Shown here: positions 1-8,874 of the stretch, in pieces
How positions within the stretch are numbered: the stretch's first letter is position 1
How the letters are laid out: each line of letters begins with the position of its first letter
DNA from: Candidatus Multivoradales bacterium
Lineage (GTDB): Bacteria; Acidobacteriota; Thermoanaerobaculia; Multivoradales; JAHEKO01
Direction of reading: 5' to 3'
Assembly: GCA_965248055.1 (NCBI GenBank)
Contig: CBDFIJ010000004.1
Span: forward strand, 2,944,001-3,008,000
DNA length: 64,000 nucleotides
Position numbers and translations under genes: made by a program
The notes under the pieces: generated by a model
The model's input: the letters and a program-made list of their open reading frames with translations, nothing else
Databases searched by the model: none
Told to the model about the DNA's origin: nothing

Positions 1-687
1 GGCGTTGGAGGGACAGACCACCGAGCCGTTGGTCTCGGTGCCAATGGCCACGGCGCACAGGTCCGCGGCGACCGCGGCTCCAGAACCCGAGCTGGAACCA
101 CAAGGGTTGCGGTCCAGCACGTAGGGGTTTTTGACCTGCCCACCCCGTCCGCTCCAGCCGCTGCTGGAAAAATTGGAACGAAAGTTGGCCCACTCGGAGA
201 GATTGGTTTTGCCGATCAGAATCGCCCCGGCGTCCCGCAGATGACGGACCACCGCGGAATCTTGTTTCGGTTTCGAACCGACCAGCGCCAACGAACCAGC
301 GGTGGTCATCATCTGGTCGGCGGTGTCCAGATTGTCTTTGACCATCACCGGAATGCCGTGCATCGGTCCGCGAACCTTACCTTCGGCGCGTTCTCGGTCC
401 ATAGCTTCGGCGATCTGGATCGCCTCAGGGTTGACTTCGAGCACCGATCGCAAGGTCGGACCGGAGCGATCAACGTGATCGATGCGGCTTAGGTAGGCCT
501 GAGTCAGTTGCCGGGCGGTGACCTCTCCCGCTTGCATCTTGGCCTGTAGCTCAGCAACGCTGAGACCACTGAAATCGAAATCCGGGACCGTGGAACCGGG
601 GTGGGAACGAGCCGGTTGGGCGATCGAGGCCAGCGTTGCGGCGGCAGCTCCGCTCTTGAGTAGGTCGCGACGGTTGATTGAACTCAT
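1..687 (-). CDS. Amidase-signature family protein with Tat signal (5' part; runs off the window edge)
   Basis: Manual translation from ATG 687 (AAGGAG upstream): MSSINRRDLLKSG... twin-Arg signal, then HGIPVMVKDN, GKTNLSEWANF, CGSSSGSGAAVAA and IGTETNGS. Absent from the ORF track because it is truncated. Confidence 0.9.
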   Translation of the reverse strand, partial: MSSINRRDLLKSGAAAATLASIAQPARSHPGSTVPDFDFSGLSVAELQAKMQAGEVTARQLTQAYLSRIDHVDRSGPTLRSVLEVNPEAIQIAEAMDRERAEGKVRGPMHGIPVMVKDNLDTADQMMTTAGSLALVGSKPKQDSAVVRHLRDAGAILIGKTNLSEWANFRSNFSSSGWSGRGGQVKNPYVLDRNPCGSSSGSGAAVAADLCAVAIGTETNGSVVCPSNA

Positions 688-815
688 GGAAACTCCTTCC
701 GGTTGTGGTCTGTCGAGACTGTGTACGGTTACACGACTTGCGGTAGTTTATGCGTCGTACTTTCGGATTCTCTAGATGCAAGGGAGGGCACGATGGCGGT
801 GGTTTGCTGATTGAG

Positions 816-855
816 GTAGGTCCCCGCCCCCCACACTCCCACCCGCGGGGATGAC
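816..855. repeat. REP-like palindrome, GTAG-headed
   Basis: GTAGG-TCCCCGC...GCGGGGA-TGAC inverted repeat; same design as 48581-48619. Confidence 0.6.
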
Positions 856-903
856 ATTCGTTCTCCGGGTGATTTCCATAACCATCCATAAATGAGGGAA
901 CGG

Positions 904-2445
904 CTAGCGAAGGACGCGAAAATAGTTGGACAACAACCGTTGCACGAATGGAGTCAATTTGCTGCGGCGCCAGTTGTCCGCCGCCTTGCGCACGACCTCG
1001 CCTTGGGTGGGGTAGGGATGGATGGTCGAAGAGATTTTGCCGATGCTGATCCCATGGGTGATCGCCAGCGCCAGTTCCCCGATCATGTCCCCGGCGTGTT
1101 CCGCGACCAAGGTTGCACCCAAAATCTGGTCACTGCCGCGCCGCAGATGAATTTTGAGGAATCCTTCGGTGGCGCCGTCCAAGATGGCTCGATCGACCTC
1201 TTTCAACGGCAGCAAGTGGCTGTCGAGGTCGACGCCGTCGCGTTCGGCTTCCTGCAAGGTCAGCCCGACATGGGCGACCTCGGGTGAGGTGTAGGTGCAC
1301 CAAGGAACTACCAACTTGCTAGCTTTGGCTCGTCCAAAGAACAGAGCATTCTGCACTGTGATGCGGGCTTCGGCGTCAGCGACGTGGGTGAATTGGTAAC
1401 GCGATGCGACATCTCCGATGGCATACACCCTGCGGTTGCTGGTACGCAGAAAGTCGTTGACCTTGATACCTTGGTTGGTGAATTCGACCTTGGCGGACTC
1501 CAGTCCTAGACCCGCTACGTTGGGTCGGCGTCCCACTGCGACCAACAAGGCATCCGCGGACTCATGGGCTCCGTCTTGGGTCTGCAGCGAGATGTTGCCG
1601 TCGGCTTCGGTTGCCACTTGGGTGACCGAAGCATTGAAGCGAAACTGCACCCCATCCCTTTGCAAGGCTACCTCGACAATCTCGGCGGCGTCGCGGTCCT
1701 CGTTACCCAGAGCTCCTGAGGCAATATCGAACACGGTCACGGCGCAACCAAAACGAACCAAGCTCTGGGCTAGTTCGCAGCCAATCGGACCGGCACCGAT
1801 CACCGCCAACCGCTTCGGCAATTCGGTGAGGGTAAAAATGGTTTCGTTGGTGAAATGGGGAGTCTCCGCGAGTCCGGGAATGGGTAGCTGAAGCGGCGAT
1901 GCGCCGGTTGCGATGACCGCGCCGCGGAAGCGAGTGCGCTGGCCGTTAATTTCAACTGTTCTTGGATCCACGAACCGAGCCTCGCCGAGAAATACGTCGG
2001 CTCCCAAATCGGCGAAACGTTGGGCGCTGTCGTGGTGGCCGATCTCGGCGCGCAGTTGTCTCACTCGCTCCATGACCGCTGCGAAGTCCCCTCCGGCTGT
2101 CACCTCGGGGCCAGCGAATCGGTTCTTGGCAGTCGCCGCGTCATGCCATGCTCGGGCGCTGCGGATCAGTGCTTTGGAGGGGACACAGCCAAAATTGAGG
2201 CAGTCGCCGCCCATTAGGCGTTTCTCGACCAGAGCCACCTTAGCGCCCAGGCTGGCTGCCGCCCCGGCGGTCACCAATCCCGCGGTTCCAGCCCCAATCA
2301 CCACTAGGTGGTAGCGAGACTGTACGGGGGGATTGCGCCAGTCGTGGGGATGGACTTGCTCTAGAAGTTCACGATTGTGCCGGTCAAACGGCTGTAGGGC
2401 CGGGTCCTGGGCGAAATCGGCGGAGAGGTCTTGCAACTCGGTCAT
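904..2445 (-). CDS. Pyridine nucleotide-disulfide oxidoreductase (mercuric reductase-like / LpdA family)
   Basis: GAGTAG FAD motif, GGDCLNFGCVPSK redox disulfide, GAGPIG NAD motif, HPYPTQGE. No C-terminal Cys-Cys pair. Confidence 0.88.
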   Translation of the reverse strand: MTELQDLSADFAQDPALQPFDRHNRELLEQVHPHDWRNPPVQSRYHLVVIGAGTAGLVTAGAAASLGAKVALVEKRLMGGDCLNFGCVPSKALIRSARAWHDAATAKNRFAGPEVTAGGDFAAVMERVRQLRAEIGHHDSAQRFADLGADVFLGEARFVDPRTVEINGQRTRFRGAVIATGASPLQLPIPGLAETPHFTNETIFTLTELPKRLAVIGAGPIGCELAQSLVRFGCAVTVFDIASGALGNEDRDAAEIVEVALQRDGVQFRFNASVTQVATEADGNISLQTQDGAHESADALLVAVGRRPNVAGLGLESAKVEFTNQGIKVNDFLRTSNRRVYAIGDVASRYQFTHVADAEARITVQNALFFGRAKASKLVVPWCTYTSPEVAHVGLTLQEAERDGVDLDSHLLPLKEVDRAILDGATEGFLKIHLRRGSDQILGATLVAEHAGDMIGELALAITHGISIGKISSTIHPYPTQGEVVRKAADNWRRSKLTPFVQRLLSNYFRVLR

Positions 2446-3173
2446 CCGTCGGCACCATCCACAACCGGGTCTAACTCTTTAGGGTCCAAGTGCGCCTCTG
2501 CCATCGCTCGACGGGCGATGCGCGTGACGTGCCATGAAACCGCCAAGGTAGCGATCAGACCCAGCGCCATGAAGATCCAATATTCACTACCACGTTCGCT
2601 CTCTTGGCCGCTGGCGATCGCCGCCAAGCTGCCGAGCGCAGCGCCGTAGTAGGTGTACAAGAAACTCCCTGGAATGGTCCCCATATGGCCAAAGAGATAG
2701 TCCCTGAAGCGGACGCTGGTGAGTCCCAGGGCGAAGTTGGCCAGGCCAAAGGGAATCACGGGCGACAGGCGAAAAAGAAAGATGATGCGCCGCCCTTCAC
2801 GGCTCACGGCTTTCTCGATGCGTTGCACCACTGGACGGTCGGCGAGCATCTTCTGGACCGGTTTGTGGGCCACGGTTCGGGCGAGCCAAAACGAGACGAT
2901 AGCGCCGAATAAGCCCCCGATTACCACCAAGACGAAGCCGTTGGCCAATCCGAACAAAGCCCCTGCAGCCAGGGTAAGGATTGAGGCTGGGATCATGGCC
3001 ACGCTGACCACCGCGTAGACGACGATAAACAACACCATGCCCCAGGTGCCGAGACCTTCAATCCACCCGGCCAGATGAAACAAGATCCCGCCCACACGAG
3101 GAGCAAACAGGGCGCCGATCACCAGCATTCCAAGCAGCAGGACAATGCGTGTCTTGGTAGATGGGAGTTTCAT
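2442..3173 (-). CDS. TVP38/TMEM64 (DedA-superfamily) membrane protein
   Basis: IPASILTLAAGALFG, FRLSPVIPF and GTIPGS motifs; 4-bp overlap with the oxidoreductase. Confidence 0.88.
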   Translation of the reverse strand: MKLPSTKTRIVLLLGMLVIGALFAPRVGGILFHLAGWIEGLGTWGMVLFIVVYAVVSVAMIPASILTLAAGALFGLANGFVLVVIGGLFGAIVSFWLARTVAHKPVQKMLADRPVVQRIEKAVSREGRRIIFLFRLSPVIPFGLANFALGLTSVRFRDYLFGHMGTIPGSFLYTYYGAALGSLAAIASGQESERGSEYWIFMALGLIATLAVSWHVTRIARRAMAEAHLDPKELDPVVDGADG

Positions 3174-3258
3174 CTAAGGGTTCTAAACTGAGAGCAACTT
3201 GGATCCTCCGGTTGGAGGCCGACGCTTAACTCAATACGTGTGGGGTGCAGGAGTCAGA

Positions 3259-3594
3259 TCAGGCAATCGCAGCGAGGGCGGCGGCGAGGAAGATGCCGTT
3301 GAGCCCGAGCAGACTGCCAATCACTGCGGCGATGTTGCCGTGGATGGTACCTTCTTTGGCGGTTTTGCCGAGCACCAACAAACTGGCGACGGCAATGGCC
3401 AATTGCAACAGCGTCCACAGGCCAATGAGAAACGGCGACAAGTCACCGCCTGCGGCCAGTGATGAGGCCGACATTAGCCCCCAAACAGCCAGCGCGGCGC
3501 TCAACAATGCGATGGCGATAGCGATCCAATCCCAAAACACCGGTTTGGGAATCTCCCAGCCAAGGCGGGGGATGGTGAAGGTGCTCTCGCTCAT
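3259..3594 (-). CDS. Small membrane protein (about 3 TM), unknown function
   Basis: MSESTFTIPRLGW... with three hydrophobic segments; start placed at ATG 3594. Confidence 0.65.
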   Translation of the reverse strand: MSESTFTIPRLGWEIPKPVFWDWIAIAIALLSAALAVWGLMSASSLAAGGDLSPFLIGLWTLLQLAIAVASLLVLGKTAKEGTIHGNIAAVIGSLLGLNGIFLAAALAAIA

Positions 3595-3881
3595 GGACGA
3601 TACTTTCTTGGTAAGGCTTAACGGACGGCTTTTCCTCGCAGTCGAGTCTAGCATTCAGGGGGGCAGTGTTGATCAAACTCTCTGTTACACTACAACCATC
3701 ATTAACCGAGCGCGTGTGGCGGGGGCTCACGCTCATGGCGAAGAGAGGAGGTCCGCTATGAACTTGGAGCCTAGACCGTGTTAACGCCTCAACCCAATGG
3801 CTTGGGGGCTGTAGGAGGAAATCGTCTGGCGGTTTCAGTTGTCGTTGCTGAGGTGCCGCGCAAAAAACGCAGGAGGTACGC

Positions 3882-3956
3882 ATGGACAACAATTCATCGC
3901 GTTGCGTCTGTCCGCGCGGCCACCCAGATGCTGAAGTGATAAGGAGGTTGTGTTGA
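3882..3956 (+). CDS. Possible 24-aa Cys-containing peptide MDNNSSRCVCPRGHPDAEVIRRLC
   Basis: AGGAGG at 3871-3876 before ATG 3882; its stop overlaps the start of the next ORF. Confidence 0.3.
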   Translation: MDNNSSRCVCPRGHPDAEVIRRLC

Positions 3957-4192
3957 GTAAGTATACGGACGGTGTGAAAGAGCGTTGGAATGTCTTGGTC
4001 AACGGCAAACTGCCAGTCGGTAGAACTGGAGGCAAAGCTACTGGCGGGACCGGTAGCGGAAACGGCGGATCAGGCGGTTTATCGGTAGTGCCGCCGAGTT
4101 CCGAATGGGAGCTAATTTACAAGAGATTTCGTCGGTCTCATGGCAGATACCCATACAGTCATCAGGAAGTTGTTGATTGGTGGGGGTATTAG
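3950..4192 (+). CDS. Small protein, paralog A (Gly-rich linker plus C-terminal EWxLI..FR...GRxPYSxQExVDWW motif)
   Basis: TAAGGAGG at 3940-3947 before GTG 3950/TTG 3953; C-terminal similarity to 4233-4469. Confidence 0.7.
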   Translation: MLSKYTDGVKERWNVLVNGKLPVGRTGGKATGGTGSGNGGSGGLSVVPPSSEWELIYKRFRRSHGRYPYSHQEVVDWWGY

Positions 4193-4232
4193 CTGACGTA
4201 CAAAGGTTGCACGAATCAAAGGAGTTACGACG

Positions 4233-4469
4233 ATGGGTTTGTTAAGACAATTTGGTAAAGCGTTGAAGGATCAGCAAAAGGCACTGCGTGAAGGAGATCC
4301 GAACTGGATGACACCGTGGTCCCGCTCACCAGGGAGCTCTGGTACTGGCGGAACTGGCGGATCAAACGAGCCTGGGGACGAGTGGAAACTAATCCACAAA
4401 AAATTTCGGCAAGTCATGGGACGCGAGCCATACAGTAAACAAGAATTAGTGGACTGGTGGAGCTCATAG
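4233..4469 (+). CDS. Small protein, paralog B
   Basis: AAAGGAG SD upstream; ends EWKLIHKKFRQVMGREPYSKQELVDWWSS. Confidence 0.75.
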   Translation: MGLLRQFGKALKDQQKALREGDPNWMTPWSRSPGSSGTGGTGGSNEPGDEWKLIHKKFRQVMGREPYSKQELVDWWSS

Positions 4470-4830
4470 CAGTCTTAGGCAGGGTAAAACGCTATTCGGT
4501 ACCGGCTCAGCTTGAGTCCAGCCAACAAATCGAGCCGGCAAAAGGGCACATTGAGCTGGCAAAGGGCGACAACATGCGGCGCCGATGCAGCAAGGGCCAG
4601 ATCAAGAACGACCCAGCATCGAAAGGGATGATCGTCATTTGTCGCTGCGAGACGGACAATGTGGTTGTGTGGCGCTGTAGGCGCTGAGGTAGAAGTGGGT
4701 CCGAATGAGGTGCAGTTCGAAGCTCTGAGCGATGTTTCGGGAGACCGTTGGCGTTGGGCAGGCTTTCTGGCGAGTACTGTTATCTAAGAAAACTGTAAGA
4801 GGTGGTCCCCCTGGGTGCATCCATCTCGCC

Positions 4831-5045
4831 GCAGCAGCAGGACACCCCCACCTACGAGTCCTTCAACATCCTAACCACAGCAGCCAATGAGGCCGTTTCA
4901 CCGCCACCGCATGCCGGTGATTCTCAGACCGGAAGCGCAGGGACTATGGCTCGATCCAAGTGTTGAAGACACCGATGCACTGGATGACTTGCTGAAGCTC
5001 CGGTTGAACGATGAACTAGTCAGCTACTCGGTTTCAACCTTTGTC
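4831..5045 (+). pseudogene. C-terminal remnant of an SOS response-associated peptidase (SRAP/YedK)
   Basis: TYESFNILTTAANEAVSP in one frame, then a frameshift to HRMPVILRPEAQGLWLDP...YSVSTFV. No N-terminal MCGR. Confidence 0.75.
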
Positions 5046-5244
5046 AGATGCGGTGGAATTTTGGGGAACCAGCAAACTGGGTCTGTTCAAGGTGTTGCGT
5101 TGCAGCAATCATAACGACCACTCCATACGACACTAGAGAAACCAATGCAGCGAGCGTCACGGTAACCGCGGCCAGATCGGATCCAATACTGAGGCAGATT
5201 TCAAGACATGGCAGGTGTACTGAATTCATAAAGTGGAGACCGAG

Positions 5245-6726
5245 CTACTCCGATTTAGTCTCGTCTTCGAGCGGTTGATGCTCCGGTCGCAACAAGTCGA
5301 AGATCGACTTCACCGGGGCGAAGGTCGAAGCTGGGACTTCGACGAATACCGTGTGCCAATAGGCCATCGAGCCGTTCCACAGGCCGGGCCGTTCCAGTGC
5401 TCGCACTTTTCGACCAGCAACACTGCGATCGGTGACGAAAACCGCCGAGGGATCTCGAAAGTCCTCAAGCCTGTAACGCGTTCCGTCGGGGCGACCGATG
5501 ACGCACGCGAGATCGACCGGATTGAAGTGGCTGGAGGATCGCCAAATTGCCGCTTGTTGGGGATTGTCCAAGTCCACCTCGGCCGACTCGACGATCTGCG
5601 GTCGCACCTCTCGGTTAGGTAGTTGAACCCAGAAGGGGCCGCCACCTGGCTCGCGTTGGTTGCGCACCATGCCGCATATCCGGAGCGGACGATCCAGCAA
5701 AGCCCGCCAGTGCGCGGGATCCACCGGGGATTCTGCAAGGCCCAGGTGGCGCAGAAGTTGCTCGATGCTCTGGGCGTCAATGCCTGCCGATCCTGCGTCC
5801 AGTTCTCGCAGAGTGTTGGAAATGCGTCTTGAGAAGTCCAATGCCAGGCCACCAAGAATCTTTTTCCAGTGGGCGATCTGGGGATGGATGGCTGCGGGCT
5901 GGATGTTGTCGATATTGCGGACAAATAGATGGTCGCTACGGCTTGCTGCCAAGTTTGTCAGTAGAGATCCGTGTCCACCCGGGCGCAGAACCGGCAGCCC
6001 GTCTCGATTCCGAACCACGGTGCCTGCTTCCGGGTCGTAGGCCAAGGTGCGCGACGCTGCACTCTGCTCGGTGAGCTCGACGTTGCAGGAGCCCGGGGAT
6101 TGCTCGGCCAGTGTCGACTCGAATAGGGCTCGATGTTCGGGTGAGACGGTGAGAGTCAGCCGCGGCTCGCCAAGACCGTAGTGAAGAGCCTCTGCAATAT
6201 GTTCTTCTAAGGGAGTCCGTGACCCCTCGGGGTAACGATGGAACGGAATTAAGGCTTTGGGGAGGGCGCCGAAATTCAAACCTGAAGCCTGGGGCAAAGC
6301 GGAACCCTTAGCAGGAGTATCAGCGGGAACGCCCACCAGAGCTTGAGCCAAGAGTTCCGGACTCCGGCTGCCGTTGGTCGCATCGAGCAGCTCGTTAGCA
6401 AAGGGAAAACGGTCCAGGTTGGAGGCTAGATTCTGCAGTGCCTCTGCGTCTTGCACTGCCATTTGGTGGAACATTCTGGAAGCTGCGCCAGAAGCAGGAA
6501 TCCATTTTTCGAAGCGAGCAGGACCGTTGTGTTTTTGCCAGAAGTCCAATGCATGGTGGACTTGTGTGGTGTCGAGTTGCAGGATGCCTGTGCCGACGGT
6601 GCACGCCGAGTGCAGTTGCCGTGGCGGCGGCGGGTCGACCAGGAAAACTAGCTGTTGGTTTGCGGAGTCTTTATCGATCCCCTGCGCAGCAAGGAATTCA
6701 AGATCTTGGGCGGTTAACAAAGACAT
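5245..6726 (-). CDS. DUF4301 family protein (nucleotidyltransferase-like)
   Basis: IPASGAASRMF, PKALIPFH, RPGGHGSL, NIDNI, EPGGGPFW, HFNPVDL and ERPGLWNGSM motifs. Confidence 0.85.
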   Translation of the reverse strand: MSLLTAQDLEFLAAQGIDKDSANQQLVFLVDPPPPRQLHSACTVGTGILQLDTTQVHHALDFWQKHNGPARFEKWIPASGAASRMFHQMAVQDAEALQNLASNLDRFPFANELLDATNGSRSPELLAQALVGVPADTPAKGSALPQASGLNFGALPKALIPFHRYPEGSRTPLEEHIAEALHYGLGEPRLTLTVSPEHRALFESTLAEQSPGSCNVELTEQSAASRTLAYDPEAGTVVRNRDGLPVLRPGGHGSLLTNLAASRSDHLFVRNIDNIQPAAIHPQIAHWKKILGGLALDFSRRISNTLRELDAGSAGIDAQSIEQLLRHLGLAESPVDPAHWRALLDRPLRICGMVRNQREPGGGPFWVQLPNREVRPQIVESAEVDLDNPQQAAIWRSSSHFNPVDLACVIGRPDGTRYRLEDFRDPSAVFVTDRSVAGRKVRALERPGLWNGSMAYWHTVFVEVPASTFAPVKSIFDLLRPEHQPLEDETKSE

Positions 6727-6854
6727 GACGTGGAGAAGCACCTCTGTAGATCGCCGCGCTCGACGGTCACCTACGGGGCTCTCGACTAGACTACCGTTGT
6801 CTGGTGTCGTCGTCGAAATTCCATCGTTCGCCCCGGTTAACCGTATTTCAATAA

Positions 6855-7688
6855 ATGATGTCGTTGAGTTGGATACAAGTGATTGTCTTGGCCGTGGTCC
6901 AAGGGGTTACCGAGTTCTTGCCGATCAGTTCGTCGGCGCATTTGATTCTATTTTCCAAGCTATTCGGGTGGCCGGATCAAGGCTTGAGCTTCGACATGGC
7001 GGTCCATGCGGGGTCAATGGTCGCCGTGATCGTCTATTTGCGTCGAGATTTGCTCGATATTGTGCGTGGCGGACTGCGCTTAGCTGGCGCCACGTCGGTT
7101 CCAGGTCGCCTAGCTTGGCCCTTGGTGATTGCCACGTTGCCAGTGGCTGTGGCGGGTCTGTTGATGCAGGACTGGGTGGCGACCACCGGTCGCAGTACCT
7201 GGGTCTTGGGCACTACGTCCTTGGTCTTCGCACTTTTGCTTTGGGGTGCGGACAAACTGGGGAGTCGAAATCGATCGTTTTCCGAAGCGACATGGAGGGA
7301 CACCCTGTGGATGGGGCTGGCCCAGGCATCGGCCCTGATCCCCGGCACCTCAAGGTCCGGGGTGACGATGACCGCTGGGCTGGCGACAGGACTTGATCGC
7401 CGGGCCGCTGCACGCTTGTCGTTTCTACTGTCGGTACCGGTGGGCTTGCTGGTCGCGGCCAAGGATCTGGTGGACTTGCGACACGGCGTGGACAGTGGGG
7501 TAATGCAGTTGATAGTGGGTTTTTGGGTCTCGGCGGTGACTGCGTTTGTTGCCATCGATGCCTTGCTGCGCTGGTTGCGTAAGCGGGGCATGATGCCTTT
7601 TGTCTTGTATCGAATTCTGTTGGGATTGTTCCTGCTTGCGGAGGCCTCCGGTTGGTTGTCGTTCTTCGGGACGAAGGCAGCAGGGTAG
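6855..7688 (+). CDS. uppP: Undecaprenyl-diphosphate phosphatase (BacA)
   Basis: QGVTEFLPISSSAH and LIPGTSRSGVT motifs. Confidence 0.95.
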   Translation: MMSLSWIQVIVLAVVQGVTEFLPISSSAHLILFSKLFGWPDQGLSFDMAVHAGSMVAVIVYLRRDLLDIVRGGLRLAGATSVPGRLAWPLVIATLPVAVAGLLMQDWVATTGRSTWVLGTTSLVFALLLWGADKLGSRNRSFSEATWRDTLWMGLAQASALIPGTSRSGVTMTAGLATGLDRRAAARLSFLLSVPVGLLVAAKDLVDLRHGVDSGVMQLIVGFWVSAVTAFVAIDALLRWLRKRGMMPFVLYRILLGLFLLAEASGWLSFFGTKAAG

Positions 7689-7718
7689 GGGATGTTTTGC
7701 AACACGGGCTAGTCACCC

Positions 7719-8318
7719 ATGAGTAAGCCTGTGCTCGAAGACCTGGATCTGGTGCAGCGTTGTCTGGCGGGCGAGACCGAGGCCTTTTCAGAGGTGGTTC
7801 GCCGCTACCAGCGGCCGGTCTTTGGGCTCATCATGCGCATGCTGACAGATCAGGGCCGTTCCGAGGAGATCACCCAAGACGTTTTTGTCCGTAGCTACAC
7901 CAAGCTGGCAACTTTTGATCACAGCCGGAAATTTTCGAGTTGGTTGTTTCGCATTGCCCACAACGCCGCGATCGACGAATTGCGCAAGCGTCGGGTGATT
8001 TTGGTCCCGCTGGAGACCGAGGACGAAGACAGCGGCGTCGATTTACTTCAAGTCCTGGCGGATCACAAAAACGTTGATCCGGAGCGTCAGACTGCAGGGA
8101 ACGCTTTGCGCGATGACTTGGAATCGGTCATTCAAGAGCTTAGACCCGAGTATGCCGAAGTCATGGTGTTGCGGTTTGTCGAGGAATTTTCCTACGAGGA
8201 GATCTCCGAAATCATGCAGTTACCTCTTGGCACGGTGAAGACTTACATCCATCGCGCACGGCAGCAGACAGCGAAGAAAATATCGGCCCGTGGATGGGGT
8301 CGAGAAAAGGACCAATAA
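7719..8318 (+). CDS. ECF sigma factor (SigW/RpoE-like)
   Basis: Region 2 (EEITQDVF, FSSWLFRIAHN) and region 4 (SYEEISEIMQLPLGTVKTYIHRAR). Confidence 0.92.
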   Translation: MSKPVLEDLDLVQRCLAGETEAFSEVVRRYQRPVFGLIMRMLTDQGRSEEITQDVFVRSYTKLATFDHSRKFSSWLFRIAHNAAIDELRKRRVILVPLETEDEDSGVDLLQVLADHKNVDPERQTAGNALRDDLESVIQELRPEYAEVMVLRFVEEFSYEEISEIMQLPLGTVKTYIHRARQQTAKKISARGWGREKDQ

Positions 8319-8328
8319 AGTGAAACAG

Positions 8329-8874
8329 ATGACCTCAGATCAGCGTATGGCAAACGGGAGCAATCAGTCGATGATGAACTTGCAGCATTTAACAACACAA
8401 TGGCTACAGGCGGAGGCCAGCCTGGCCGATGATGTAGATCAGCGTGCTGCAGCTGCCATACAGGCGTTGAACAAGCCCCACCCGCGGCAAGATTTGGTGG
8501 CTGCGGTGATGGCGAGAATTGCTACCGTCAGTATTTGGGCACGGCGCCCAGTCCACTACATTGTTGCTTCGCTTTTGGTGTTTTTTGGGGCTGGTGTGGT
8601 GATGACAGCCAACTCGGCACCGGCTGCGGTGTCGGTGGCCCGTCTACCGGTCTGGCGCACCCTGGGACAACGGATGATTTCGGCTGGATATCAATTAGTG
8701 ATTGAGATTCTGGAGATTTCGAAAACGGTGGTCGATGCCATCACTTTGTCCTCCAGCTCTTGGTTAGTGGAATCGTTTGTGCCGTGGCTGGGGATCGTGT
8801 TGTTTTTGGCCGGTACTGCGTCGATGGCGGTTTTTTCTTATTGGAGAGACGAACAAGGATTGAATCATGCGTAA
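8329..8874 (+). CDS. Putative membrane-bound anti-sigma factor
   Basis: Directly after the ECF gene; PRQDLVAAVMARI segment followed by TM helices. Start uncertain. Confidence 0.6.
   Translation: MTSDQRMANGSNQSMMNLQHLTTQWLQAEASLADDVDQRAAAAIQALNKPHPRQDLVAAVMARIATVSIWARRPVHYIVASLLVFFGAGVVMTANSAPAAVSVARLPVWRTLGQRMISAGYQLVIEILEISKTVVDAITLSSSSWLVESFVPWLGIVLFLAGTASMAVFSYWRDEQGLNHA

Noticed and set aside
904-2445. True mercuric reductase MerA / mer operon
   Set aside because: No C-terminal Cys-Cys pair, no NmerA domain and no merR/T/P; pairing with a TVP38 protein is a common non-mer arrangement.
5044-5229. 61-aa hydrophobic ORF as a type I toxin
   Set aside because: No clear SD or antisense RNA structure, and it abuts the SRAP remnant; unsupported.
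6374-7705. Long alternative-frame ORFs (6374-7396 +, 7034-7705 -), representative of many others in the track
   Set aside because: Shadow ORFs of well-supported genes in GC-rich DNA, with no motifs.
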